Source: Macrostomum lignano
Taxonomy: Eukaryota
NCBI GenBank assembly: GCA_002269645.1
Contig: NIVC01002847.1
Span: forward strand, 62,001-126,000
DNA: 64,000 nucleotides
Direction of reading: 5' to 3'
Shown here: positions 21,770 to 33,785 of the stretch, piece by piece
Position numbering within the stretch: position 1 is the stretch's first letter
Layout of the letters: each line of letters begins with the position of its first letter
Position numbers and translations under genes: made by a program
The notes under the pieces: generated by a model
What the model was told of the DNA's origin: nothing
Databases searched by the model: none
What the model saw: only the letters and a program-made list of their open reading frames with translations

Positions 21770-23254
21770 ATGCCCTTAAACACGCCCCTCGATGGGGCGC
21801 AGAGCGAGTCTGCGTTACTCCTAACCAGACGTGGAAGATCACGGCAAATGAGCAAAACAACCAAAACCACTGTGACGTTTCTGCTCATCATGAAGCTCTG
21901 CAGCAACATGTACGAGTATCAAATGATCTCATTCGACGTGAAATCCTACAATCAAACAGCCGCCGAAGCTGGTCTGTGCATCTATCAAAAACAGACTCCG
22001 AACAGCTTAATAAATATCAAAATTCTTCCCCTCGCGACCGCCGCTTTTGTGCTGCCGACGCTCGGAGGCCTGATGTCCGACGCTTTCGTCGGGTGCATCA
22101 AGACGCTGTGGATTGCAGCTGTGCTGCAGCTGAGCGGTAGCGGCCTGCTGACAACCTTCGAGTCAGCCGGCATGTCTTGCAGGATGCCGCTGTATGTCAT
22201 GTCGTGGCTACCGTTTGTGCTCTTCATGGGCATCGTCAGCTCACTTGCTCTGCATGCGCCGATGCAGATTGCCTCGAGCAGTCGTGCCAGACAGCTCGTG
22301 CTCTGCCTCTACTTTGCCGTTGCAGCCATTGGCGAGACATTAGGAACCATGCCGTCAATGCTGAAGTACCTAACAGAGAAGAGTTTCGAATTTTCTAGTG
22401 TAATTTTCAGCATAGTGAGTGTCTTGTGTCTGACGATGGTGACTTTGTGGAATAAAACTCCTGAGCTAGAACAAGAAAATGTTCAATACTTTATGCTTCC
22501 AAGCGGGAGAAGGCTTAAAAAGTTTTATCTGATTTCGGCGGGAACCATTCCGCATCTGGCCTGCATTTTGTTATGTAGAGTCAACTTTTACTGGCAACAG
22601 ATCAGATTCTTTGCACGCACTCATGGCGTCGATGATTACTGGGCCTTTTTTGTTCCTTTTGCTGGGTACCAGACAGCCACTACTTTGTTCAGCCTGCTCG
22701 GAGCTTCTGCAATCTACAAGTTTGGTACTCCAGCTGGGTGCATAAACCTGATGACGCGCATCAGAGCTGGTCTCTGTCTCATGACCGCCTCCAAAGTTTC
22801 ACTGATGCTGCTGAGTCTGCTCGACTTCTATAATGCAATCAACATCGAGAGCTGGAGTTCCTCGACAGTGTGGGCGATCTACTTCGCATCAGCTTTCTGC
22901 GACGGTATCACTACAGTGTTGACTACAATTGCAATCTATGAGATCGTCTACCGGGTTGCTAACTCTGGCGCCAAAGCGACTATGCTGGGGATTTTCTACA
23001 CGGTCTGGGGACTGTCAGTCTTTCTAAACGGCTTAGTTCTGTTGACACTTCAGGCCTGCAACGTGCTGAGTCTGGATCCCAGCAATAGGACGAAGCCAAT
23101 GTCTCACTATGCGTACGGCTGCGTCATCTGCCTGTTGCTAATCGCTATCGCCTACTGGGAGAAGATCTCGTGGCCTCTGGCCTCCAGTTTACTAGCTGAC
23201 CAGGAAGCTCAAGAGCTCGAGTCGTCTGAACATGAAAGAAGTTCGCCAGCTTGA
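21770..23254 (+). CDS. Divergent POT/PTR2 (SLC15-like) MFS transporter, intronless
   Basis: 494-aa ORF with many hydrophobic segments. LPTLGGLMSDAFVGCIKTL resembles the PTR2 signature (PLLGGWLAD..LG.Y.T); IYEIVYRVANSGAKATMLGIF resembles SLC15 LEFAYSQAP.SMKS.IMGLF. Confidence 0.7.
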   Translation: MPLNTPLDGAQSESALLLTRRGRSRQMSKTTKTTVTFLLIMKLCSNMYEYQMISFDVKSYNQTAAEAGLCIYQKQTPNSLINIKILPLATAAFVLPTLGGLMSDAFVGCIKTLWIAAVLQLSGSGLLTTFESAGMSCRMPLYVMSWLPFVLFMGIVSSLALHAPMQIASSSRARQLVLCLYFAVAAIGETLGTMPSMLKYLTEKSFEFSSVIFSIVSVLCLTMVTLWNKTPELEQENVQYFMLPSGRRLKKFYLISAGTIPHLACILLCRVNFYWQQIRFFARTHGVDDYWAFFVPFAGYQTATTLFSLLGASAIYKFGTPAGCINLMTRIRAGLCLMTASKVSLMLLSLLDFYNAINIESWSSSTVWAIYFASAFCDGITTVLTTIAIYEIVYRVANSGAKATMLGIFYTVWGLSVFLNGLVLLTLQACNVLSLDPSNRTKPMSHYAYGCVICLLLIAIAYWEKISWPLASSLLADQEAQELESSEHERSSPA

Positions 23255-24624
23255 TATTCGGACTCTGTTGAGCATATAACTGGTTTTTATTACAGTCTAG
23301 GCATCTTACTTTGTTCTCTACGATTTTCTAAGCCAAAAATATAGCTATCAATACTACTGTACCTACCTATGCTTAAGTTAATGGGATGAAACACGGAAAC
23401 GATGCCTTAGTAAAGTCCGCGGTAGCAATACAGTTAATAACTGCATGCACTTATACCGATTTTAATGCTATGAGAATAGTTGACAAACGAGTTCTCGCAC
23501 CTCGAATTCAATTGTATTCGTACGTCGAATGCCATTAGGGTAAGTTATCAGAGTGTGAGCATAATTATGTCTTTGCTTGAACAATATTATTTTGGTCAGT
23601 GATTTTTTAGCTATATTTTTTAATCGGAAAGTCATAATCGAACAAAAAATTGTTAAATTGTTCAATAATTTTTTTAAGTAAGGAGAAGGGATTAAAATGT
23701 AGCTTTTAAGTAAGACAATAAAGAAGCGATAGCGGTTGCTGTCTAAGACTAACTATACTGCTTAATTATTCTAGAACAGCTATGCAGAGTAAGCATATTG
23801 CAAGACATCAACAGTATTAATGACAAACTTATGTAAGGAGTTATGAAATTATGTTTCGTATTGAAAGTGCAAATTAGTACATGTGAAATCCCACACAAGC
23901 TTTATTCTACCATCTTACTTTGCAAATCAATCTACTGGTGGGGTCTAGAGAGACAATGACTTGATTATTGTTTCAGAAGGTTTGCAACAGATAGTTCAAC
24001 CATGTCCTTGAGTTTCGACGAGTTTCAACTAGCAAATAGAGAAAAAGTTAAGTTTTTAGTGAAGTTATGTCCATGGCCCCCAGAATAGCTAGCTTATTTA
24101 TGGTCATGGCAAGGCAAACCTTCACTGGGAACTGAAGTTTCCAGTCCTGAAGTCCGCTTGAATTGGAAAGGCAGGTCCAATGGAACCATTTGAATTCTCG
24201 GAATAAACACAGATTGTCCTCTGCTAGATACTGTCACGATTTCGCCTCAATCACATCCAAAAAAAGCTGCTTGACGATTAGCCTGGTGCCCCGTTACATA
24301 GCTTTGGGGAATTTACATTTACATTTACATTCCGGAGGCTCCAGTGAGTTTAAGTACTCAATGGGAAATTCCAGTGCATTGTCATCAGTCATATATTGTT
24401 GCGTCAGATGACTTGCAGCTGGTGGTATTGCCAGCTCGAAATTTTCTCGTGCGATTTTTTAACTACATACATGTAATTATAATGTACATGAGAATGAACG
24501 CTAACAAAATGAACGCTAAATTAGAGTGTCTTATACCTGTACTTCCCGAGATACTCGTGATAAATGTGCATTTAAGCTATAACGCCGTTCATCTAGTTGT
24601 TTTTTATCTGCTTTGATTTGCAGA

Positions 24625-24900
24625 TGTTGTAGCCTAGTGGTTAGAGCGTCGGACTTACGACTTGAAGGTCGTGGGTTCGATTCCTGATCCCACTGTAACA
24701 ATTTGTGTCCTTGAGCAAAACACAACTCTGCATTGCTTCAGTTCACCCAGCTGTAAAATGGGTGCCAGTATTAGCTGGGGTAATTGAGGGTGTGCGTGGC
24801 GACCCCCCAGTCCTTGGACTGAAAGCCGTACGCAGCCTTCAGATGCGCCGCGCAATAGCTGCGGCTGAGCTGTCGGTTGCACATCTGCCCATTTGGTGCC
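24625..24900 (+). mobile_element. tRNA-headed CORE-type SINE, copy A
   Basis: A-box TAGCCTAGTGG, B-box GGTTCGATTCC (24674-24684), then GTGTCCTTGAGCAA...CAGTTCACCCAGCTGTAAAATGGG resembling the CORE domain; second copy at ~42903. Confidence 0.8.
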
Positions 24901-25489
24901 TTCACTTGTGGGCCTTTTCCCCCTTGTCATGTGAGTCAGTCACATGACAAGGCCTTCTTCCTTCTTTAGTCCAAAGTGCAATGATTTCATCATTGTACGC
25001 TGGGCTCGTGTTTATGGGGAGATCACGTGCGCCCGGACCCCCTTGCCTCCTCTGAGGCAGGGCCCGCTTGTTTGTTGCTAAAAATAGCAACAGAGTCACC
25101 CATGACTCTCAGCGGGGGTCTTTCGTGCTATGGTGCAATCGATCCTCCCTATAAATGCAGCCCCTCTCATGGCTTGGCTCAGACAAGCCTTTCTGTGCCC
25201 TTGCTCCGTATTCATTTCTCCTTTCCGCCGTTTCGCTCAGCGCGTGTGCTAAAGTTTAAACTCCAAGACTCCCGACTTTGCGCGTGACTGCCTCTGATTG
25301 CACCTGCTATTAATTAGCAGGCCAGCTCGGATCGCCCGAAGCTAGCACTTTCGCTCTCACCCCGCACCAGCCCGGCAGGGACTGCTGACGGTGGGCACCT
25401 CTGCGCGAGAACTGCTAAATCTGCACGAAGTGCGAGTCTCTTTCTCTCGTCTTAGTTATTTGCTTCTACGAGCTCAGCACCTCACCGAA

Positions 25490-25700
25490 GGCTGCGACTC
25501 TGCGAAGCTGATGGCAGCACTACCTACGCTACGAGAACTAGTTTCTAAGAAACCGGCACCTAGAGGTCACCGCCCTGCGCCAGGAGACTTACCAGGCCAT
25601 CTCCAGTCGACACCGCAGAAGCCTGTACTTCACTGGTGGCAACGCTCCTATTGAGGACTTCAAGACCACCCCGAGACAAACCAACAACAACATACACTTC
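25490..25700 (+). pseudogene. Possible degenerate AP-endonuclease N-terminus of a LINE
   Basis: Across a frameshift reads LRELV/FLRNRHLEVTAL(R)QET...SLYFTGG, resembling the APE ALQET motif; weak. Confidence 0.35.
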
Positions 25701-26923
25701 ATAAGGAAACCGGTGATTCCTGAAAAAATCATGGAGACCAACTTTTTGTAAGCTTTCTCTTGGTGGAATTTTTTGCAGGAGTTTTAGTTTTACTCATCCT
25801 TCACAGAGTTTCCCTCTTTCTAGAGGATTAGGCCAGAGAAACTGTATAATTACCATCAAGACGGCACTACATGAGCCATCAGCTTGGAGCTGCAATGATA
25901 CATGTACATGTACGATCGAATTAACCAAAATTAATATCTCAGTAGCTACACAATAATTTCCAAGAGAGTAGAGGTACTCCCTCATCATCCCGTTTCTACT
26001 ACTTTTGCAAAGGATGAGTGAAAATAAAGTTATGTGGCGGCTGTACAGGCCCCTGCACGCCTGGCTGCTGGGGAGTTTTGCCCAGCCAGCCAGTTCGAGC
26101 TGACTCACACCTCCTTATTCTCGTTATGTATAAATAACTATGCTGAACAAATATACGCAAGATCTTTTTGCTCGCTTGCTATACTAGCTACCACTCGCAA
26201 GCCGCTTCAGTTACCTATAATACATACAACATTAAAAAAAGATTCGGGAGAAACAATCATTTTTAACATTGGTATCCATGCTTTTTTGCATGAATCTCTA
26301 GTTTCTTCGCCAGTCACCAATGCGGACTAGCGGCAACTGTGTCATCTGTGTCAAACTGTGTCCTTTAATGTGATTTTGCGCCTTTGCCGACTCAAGCAGG
26401 CTAGCCGAGTCGTACGGCTTTTTATAGCCGGTGCAGTATTGTTTTCTAAAAAAACATAAAAAATCGTGAAATTATGTTTTAAAAACGACCTCTAACGCAG
26501 GGTAAATTTTTACTGTATTTTTTGTTTTAAGACGTTTAAAATTATCTTAGAAAATTTTTCAATTTTAAATAGCTTGTGTGGCAGTGTGAGCTGCCACTAA
26601 TGATTTTTTTATTTTATTAACCGTCATTATTTTATTAATTTTTCGGCCCATCTTGTGACCCCTTCTGTTGTTCCCCGGGTTGGCCCGTCCACCATTAGGT
26701 GCCTCCTGTTGGCAAATTTCGTCATTTCTCCCTGTTCCTGTGTTGGCCTTTCTGCCCCCTTTTTCTTGGTTTAGCGCGTCCCCCGTTTGGTTATCTTTTT
26801 GTTTTTCTGTGTTTTTCTGCGGCTTAATTTCTCGTTCCATGATTGGTCTTTCGTGGCCATGTTTTGTCCCCAGCTCATGTCCCCGTCTGCCCATTTGTTG
26901 TTCTTTAGCTTTTATTTAATGAT

Positions 26924-28876
26924 AGGTAGTACACGCGGCTCTGCCGAGTATGCCGCAGTCAGTTCAGCTGTCCGCACTGCCGCTGAACAGTCGGTGCCGC
27001 TAATGCGGCCTACCCAGCGGGGACAACCGGTCTGGATGGAGGATGAGGAGGTCAGACAGGCGGCAGACAACGTGAAGCGCATCCGTCTGAGTGGCCAGCC
27101 AGCGCACGACGCCAGCCGCCGTTGACGACGCCATTCGAGCCGTCTCTGCTGCGGGCCCTGACGCAAGGAGCCGCGTGGCCTGGTCCACCATCAACACCCT
27201 GACGGGGCGCAAGCAGCGGGCGGCGCTCAACCCGGCAGGCGACACCCCGGACGAGCGTAAGAACAGTCTGCGCACGTTCTTCGCCGCCATCGTCAATGCA
27301 CCGCCGCCGCCCACGCTGCCAGCTGATCTGCAACTGCCGCCTGAAACACCAGTGCCAACGGTGGAGCAGTTCAACACCAGTCCAGTCACCCCTACCGATG
27401 TTGTGACCCTCGCCTTTAAGACCCCGGGTGGCAGGGCGCTGGGTCCAGACGAAGTGCCAATCGAGGCGCTGCGCATCAACTGCGTGGCCACTGATGTCAC
27501 CCGTGTGATCAACAGCGTGCTTGCCGGAGGTCCAGCACCTACCGAATGGACCATGGCACACATCGTCGGCATACCAAAGAAGCCTGGCACCACCAAGCTG
27601 GAGGAACATCGAGGCATCTGCCTAATGTCCATCGCCGCGAAGCTGTTCAACCGGCTCCTGCTTACCCGGTTGCAGCCCGTGCTGGATCCCTACCTGCGGA
27701 CCGAGCAGAACGGGTTCCGGCCAAGACGCGGCACTGTTACGCAGATCCTGGCCCTTCGGCGAGTCATCGAGGAGGCGCGCACGCGCCAGTCAAGCCTGAT
27801 CGTGGTCTTCGTTGACTTCAGGAAGGCTTTCGACTCGGTTGCCAGAAGCGCGCTTCCACTGGTGGGTGCTCAGAGCGTACAACGTGCCGCAGCAACTGGT
27901 CAGTGCTACGATGGCGCTGTACCAGAACACCAGAGCTGCGGTGGTGACGCCAGACGGCCTCTCGGACACCTTCGACACGTCATCCGGAGTGCTCCAGGGG
28001 GACACGCTGGCGCCCTTCCTGTTTGTACTGGTTCTGGACTGGGTGCTGCGGACTGCCCTACTAACAGCCGACGATGGCTTCCTCCTGCAACGCCGTGTGG
28101 GCCGCCGCCAGCCAGAGCGTCGCCTCAGCATCCTGGGCTACGCCGATGATTTCGCCCTGCTGTCCTCAACCGTCGAGGGCGCCCAACGTCAGCTGGACCG
28201 TCTGGTTGGCGTTGCTGCGAGCGTCGGCCTGGTGATCAACACGCAAAAGACCGTCGTGCTCACCATGCCCACCAACATCCAAGCCGACATCTACTGACGA
28301 GGCGCTGATGGGCAGGCAACGCTGCTGCCGCGCGTTCAGCAGGCGGCCTGGTACCTGACGCCTTCGACGACCTGAGGCGTCGCCGTGGACTCGCTTGGGC
28401 GGCCTTCAACTCCATGAGGACCGTCCTGCACTCTGCGGCCCTGCCAGACCGCCAGCGCTCGGCGCGTTGTTCCAGGCGGTGAGACGCTCGAGCGACAGGT
28501 CGACGCGGCGCACGCCGGCCTGCTGCGCGCTGCCTTCAAGATCGGCGGCGGAGAGCATGTCACCAACGCGGCGCTGTACGCCCGAGCTCGCCTGGCCCGC
28601 CCCAGCGATCTTCTCCGCCGTCGGCGGCTCCAGCTGGCAGGCCACCTCATCCGCGCTGAGGCGTACTGCCCCGAGCCGGCGCAGGAGACGCTGCTGCTTG
28701 CGCTCCCGGCGCCCTTCCGGCGGGGGCAGGCGCGCACTCGGCGGTATCCGGACTGCCTGCTGGCCGATGCTGGCGCCCCCGACCAGGCCGGTGGACCGGC
28801 CTTTCTCCGCTCCCGTGCTCTGAGGCGCGACCTGTGACGCCCAAAATCGACCCTGGGGCGTAACTTGTTGTTGTTG
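26924..28876 (+). mobile_element. 5'-truncated RTE-clade LINE
   Basis: RT motifs GPDEVP, IPKKPG..HRGICL, QNGFRP, FVDFRKAFDSV, GVLQGDTLAPFLF, YADD with frameshifts/stop. (TTG)4 3' tail 28865-28876; TSD TTAATGAT at 26916-26923 and 28877-28884. Confidence 0.88.
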
Positions 28877-30109
28877 TTAATGATGTTCCCGGGAGCCGTT
28901 TGTTTTCATGCCTCCTTCTCCTTTTCTTTTTGGTTTTCCCTCCCTTCCCTCTCGTCATCCCCTGCTGCAATTTAACCGTTAACTTCTGAATCAATTTAGC
29001 TCAATTTGAGACCAGTCGTTTGTGCTTAAACTTAGTTAACTGTTATTAGCGCGCTCGCGGCACTGCCGGCTCTCATCTATTTGTCAGGTCGCCGATCTTA
29101 ATAAGTTACCTTGCTAGCATAACTATATTCCTTAGTTCTTTTGTGGTTTAATAAACGTTGAACGATACTTAATCGCTTATTAATTATCTTGAAAACTTAA
29201 CCTTTATTGAGTTCTTTGCCCACGGTGCTTAAAAATAGTCAAGTTCTCAACTCAAAGAAATCTCTGAGACTTCAACGTTCCGTAATACGTAAATTACGGT
29301 TGTGGCAGCGCTACTCTACTGATAGTAATAAGTCAAGCATACGAGGTACATTAATTTTCGGTGTCTCTGAACGACCGTGCCTAACGAAGACCGCCCGCCT
29401 ACGACCGAACTACCACCCCCCCGGAATTGAGGACCCCGGCAGCCGGAGTATTCAGGAGAAATTTCGTTAAGATTCGTCGGCGCGATTTTCCGGATTCAAT
29501 TCGTGCGAACGCAACGCCGGCGGTAATTCAAAAGTTAAAATTGCCCCACCTCGCGCATAGTAATTAAAATTATAAGCGCTTCTTTAGTTTCGTGTCAGCA
29601 GCCCGGCCGATTTTCAAAAGCTCAAGTTTTATTTTCTTTTCTCCGCCCCCACCTCACTTGACTCTGCGGCTGACCGGATCGTAGACTTGTAGTGTGTACT
29701 ATGGATGTTGTGTAGTAGAGTAAAGTGTTGTTATCTACAGTGTTGTGTAGCCCCCCTCTTAGCACAATTCAGTCTAGCGTAGTCTAGCTCCGCTCTAACA
29801 GGCCTTTGACTATGACTTGAGCTATGACCAAACATGTATGACCAGACTTAGACTTAGTTTGACTTAATCATCATATATTGTATGTCAATTCTCATGTTTA
29901 CTCTTCACTAATAAATATTTATAAGAACTTCCATTCCAATATACTTAAAATGGTCTGTCGCTGACTGAGAAATTGATTAGGGCCTATGGCTATGTCATAA
30001 CTTTTACTCTAACCATTTTTTGTCAGTAGGCATATTGAATTAAGTATTAAGAATTAAGAATTAAGTAAGCATATTGAAAAAGTACCCTTTAAGCCTATAA
30101 TATATCAAA

Positions 30110-30800
30110 GAAGTGTCATATCAAACATAAAAGGCACAAATACAATCCACTTTATTAACAGCCATTTCAGTAAACAGCCACTTTGATAACAAAGCAGATT
30201 TAATGACTATCATTATCAACACTTTGTCAACACATGTAAGTCGCATTTTTGACTAAAAATGATATCGCATTTTTGTTAAAACTAAGTTGCACAGCCAACC
30301 GAATTTTGGAAATTGCGCATGTATGTATTGTATATCAAACATAAAAGAACTACCATGTCAAACATAAAAGAGACACTTATTTGAAATGTAAAAAAGCAAC
30401 AATGCCAAACATAAAGGAGCCACAATATCAAACATAAAATAAGCATTCTATAAAACAAAAAAGAACATTATGTACAATATAAAAAAATGCATCAGGTAAA
30501 AAAATGGAGCCACTCTAAAGCTAAGGAAATTGTTGCATTAGCTACTTGTCTTCTAATAGATAGGCCTACTTGCTATTAGGAAATGCTTGCTATTGGAAGG
30601 ATGCATACTATCTGGAAAATGCTTGCTCTTGGGAGGTGGAGGGTACTTGGTATCTAAAAAGGGATTGCTGGCTATCTATAATGATTCTTTTTATCTAGGT
30701 AGGCCCCATCCCCCATGCTTGCTATATAGGGATTCTTGCTATCTAGGGATGCTTTCTATCTAGGGTTATTTGCTATTAAGGGATGCTTGCTAGCTAAAGC
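30110..30800 (+). mobile_element. Old relic related to the Helitron-like element at 37.8-41.2 kb
   Basis: Shares CAAACATAAAAG..CCATGT units, GAGCCACT.TA.AGCTAAGGAAATTGT and GGATGCTTGCTA motifs with 38430-41070, with few repeat copies. Confidence 0.55.
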
Positions 30801-32684
30801 ATTCCAAAATTTAGACCTAGAGTCGAGATATTCCAAATTTTTAATTTTTATTTTTTAAATTTCCAATTTTGAATCCAATTTTCTAAGTTTTAAATGCAAA
30901 TTTTGATTTTGATAAAAAATTTAAGAATAAAAGTTTTGAAAGTATCGAATTTCAAAGTTTTTCATTTAATTTCAATCAATACTATTATTAGATTAGAACT
31001 TTGTTAATTTTATTGTCTAGTAAAATAGTGTCATTATTCCAGTTTTTTAGTAAAGTTTTTAGATTTGTTAAACCAGTTTTATAGGCTAGTAGGCCTATAT
31101 TGGCAAAACAATTTTTTTGTAATTTCGGAACTTTATGAACTCTAAAAGCTTTTAGAGTTATTTAAAAGATACTCATTATTTGCATTGTAATTTGTAAATA
31201 ATACTATTGTTATTTATATGGTAACTAAAATAAATACTAGTCTTATATACTGTGTAGTACTTATAGCTATAGTATAATTATATTTAACCATTACCATTAA
31301 TCTATCTTTTTGAAAGCAAATAAGTCATATTCTTGTTCATTTCTTTTGAAACACCTTTTGTACTTTTGTACTTTGGTACTTTGCATTATTGATAATATAA
31401 GCAAATAAAAACGCTATGCTACAACTAAGGATTGATTCTGATCATGATCATAATCACGAAAACCATGATCTTAAGGAAAAAATCATGCCCAGTCTTTTGC
31501 CAATCACAATTTATGAATTCTATGAATAAAACCTTACTTTTTTCTGTTATAGCACAGTCAAAGCAAACCAAAATTGCAATAAATTAACACAGATGTAACA
31601 AAGCCATATAATAAAATATATTGAAACAATAAAAATGATAAAAACAAAGCTTAAAAATTATTAAACTCAGTAGTTATTAATACTAATAGTTCTATTTTTA
31701 GTACATGGTATTATTCTAGTCATGCATGCAAAAATCATAGTCAATCCCTAGCTATAACATATTTTAATCATACCTAAACTCATGTGGGCCATTCCATATA
31801 ATTATGGTCGTAACATGAGAGACTATTTTTACTTATAAAATGAAAGATTATTTTGTCAAGAATATGTTTATAAAGTTTCATATAGATATCATCATTAGTA
31901 TAGATGCTATTAAACCTTGAATGGCATTTATGGTTGTAACAACAGGATTTTTGACATATAGAAACTAAAAGGTAAAAGTGTAATAACATTTTTTATTTTT
32001 GATATTTTGCAATACATTCTTTAAAATTTGACTAAGAACATCTTCAGTAATCATACTCTTTTTGTAAAATATATAAACTCAAAAAGGCAACAAAGATACA
32101 AAAGAAAAGGCAGCCTTATGGTCCTAACATTATGGTCGTAACATATTTTTTTCTGTCAATTCAGTAACTTTGAGGTACCAATATATTAAAAATATAATAG
32201 ATTATTTGGTCACCAATACTTTTATCTGATGATCCAAGTACTATACTTTTATCTATAGTTTGTTTCAACTTTCCAAAGCTTTCTATTTGTTTTTAAAAGG
32301 TACACAAACTTAATGATGTCTTTTGCTTAGAAAATGTCCAATTTTTTTACAAAAACAACTTTTTGCCAATTGATAACATACTAATCCAACATTTTATCAT
32401 TTATTTATTCTTAGATTATATACATTACATACAAAAAAGAATTGGTAAAAAATTGGCTGATAAGGCAATGACAAGCAAAAATATTGACTTTTTTCTATTT
32501 TCCAAATATGTCCATCTTATATGGAATGGGCCATCTATCAGCTTTAGTTAGTTGAAACTCATTATGAAAATAAAAAAATATAAGGCAAGGCAAATATTAG
32601 GTAAATAAATAGTTAACTATTTATAAGGTAGGCCTATTTATTTCAGTTGACAAATAAATGACACCAGCAATTTTTTAATTGTAC

Positions 32685-32893
32685 TGTAGGTTGCGTTTGG
32701 TTTGGGCCGTCGGGGTGGGGGCTGCTCTATTAGTATATGTACTTGCATCTCGCTTTCTTCTCTGTACATGCCCACCACCCCAGTTGGGTGAGTCACTTTA
32801 ATCGATCTATCATCGCTGACTATTTAATCGCTCGTAAATTATCTTGCATCAAAATATACTTCGTAAACTTACTCTAAATTCTCGGCTCTTACA
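32685..32893 (+). repeat. 5' LTR
   Basis: Direct repeat of 37496-37704 with three substitutions. Confidence 0.97.
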
Positions 32894-32894
32894 T

Positions 32895-32905
32895 TGGTGG
32901 CAGCG
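32895..32905 (+). promoter_or_regulatory. Primer-binding site TGGTGGCAGCG
   Basis: Immediately after 5' LTR; matches the tRNA-Leu(AAG/UAG)-type PBS TGGTGGCAGCGGTGGG as recalled (11 nt). Confidence 0.75.
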
Positions 32906-32927
32906 AGAACCCAGTGCAAGTGCACTC

Positions 32928-33749
32928 ATGGCCCAGAACACCCTTCTACCACCAAAGTTCAGTGGAACAGACGGCACTGACGTGAGAAAGTGGCTGCGCA
33001 TCTTTGAGGAATTCGCCAACGATGCGAAATGGGACGACGCGACCTCAGCGTCGAAGGTGAAGCTGCTGCTCACGGGAGAAGCCCAACTGGTCGTCTGGGA
33101 CCTGGCCGAGACAAGACAAAAGAGTTTTAAAAGTATAAAGGAGGACCTCACAAAGTTTTATGGAGGCGAAGCCGACAGCTTTAAGGCCATGAGCGACTTC
33201 TACGCGAAAAAACGTGGAGATGCCGAGACACTGCGTGAGCTCTGCTTTAACCTGAAGCTGCTACCCCAGAAAGCCAGACCGGAGGACTCAATTGCTCAGC
33301 GAGACCGAGATGTGCGCTTCAAGCTTCTGCAGCTGCTCAAGGCCGACATTCGTGACAACCTGCTTAAGGCAGAGGACGCAGAGACCTGCAGCCTGGAGAC
33401 TCTGCTGCAGCGGGCGGCTCGGCTGGAGGAGCTGGCTGGGTGACAGTCGGTGGCGGCAGTCGGAGCCGTCAGCGCTACATCATCGGCAGAACCAAGCGAG
33501 GACCGCCTGGACCGACTGGAGAAACGCATGGAGGAGCTCATCGCGAGGGTCAGCGTACAGTCGGGTACCGACACTCGGCGTCGCCGTCAACAGCGAGGAG
33601 GCGGCTGCTTCAACTGCGGCCAGCTCGGACACCGTGCAGCGCAATGTCAGCAGCGAGAGAAACAGCCGGGTCCGATCATCTGCCACAAGTGCTCTGGGCG
33701 GGGGCACAAGGCCTCTGTCTGCCCATCGAAGGCTCCGGGAAACCTTTAA
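32928..33749 (+). pseudogene. gag with two CCHC knuckles, interrupted by in-frame TGA at 33441-33443
   Basis: PPKFSG..DVRKWLRIFE..W, LLLTGEAQ, CFNCGQLGHRAAQC, CHKCSGRGHKASVC. Confidence 0.9.
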
Positions 33750-33785
33750 GGGTTGGTGCAACGGGTGCGGGACCCACACCAACCC
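33737..33785 (+). promoter_or_regulatory. -1 programmed ribosomal frameshift signal
   Basis: Slippery heptamer G GGA AAC in the gag frame, 6-nt spacer, 9-bp perfect stem GGGTTGGTG/CACCAACCC; pol lies in the -1 frame. Confidence 0.85.

Noticed and set aside
24625-24700. Functional tRNA-Val(TAC) gene
   Set aside because: Acceptor and anticodon stems do not pair properly, and the sequence runs into a CORE-like domain shared with a second copy; it is a SINE head
29000-29800. Possible LTR or leader of another retroelement
   Set aside because: No paired LTR, PBS or coding motif could be identified
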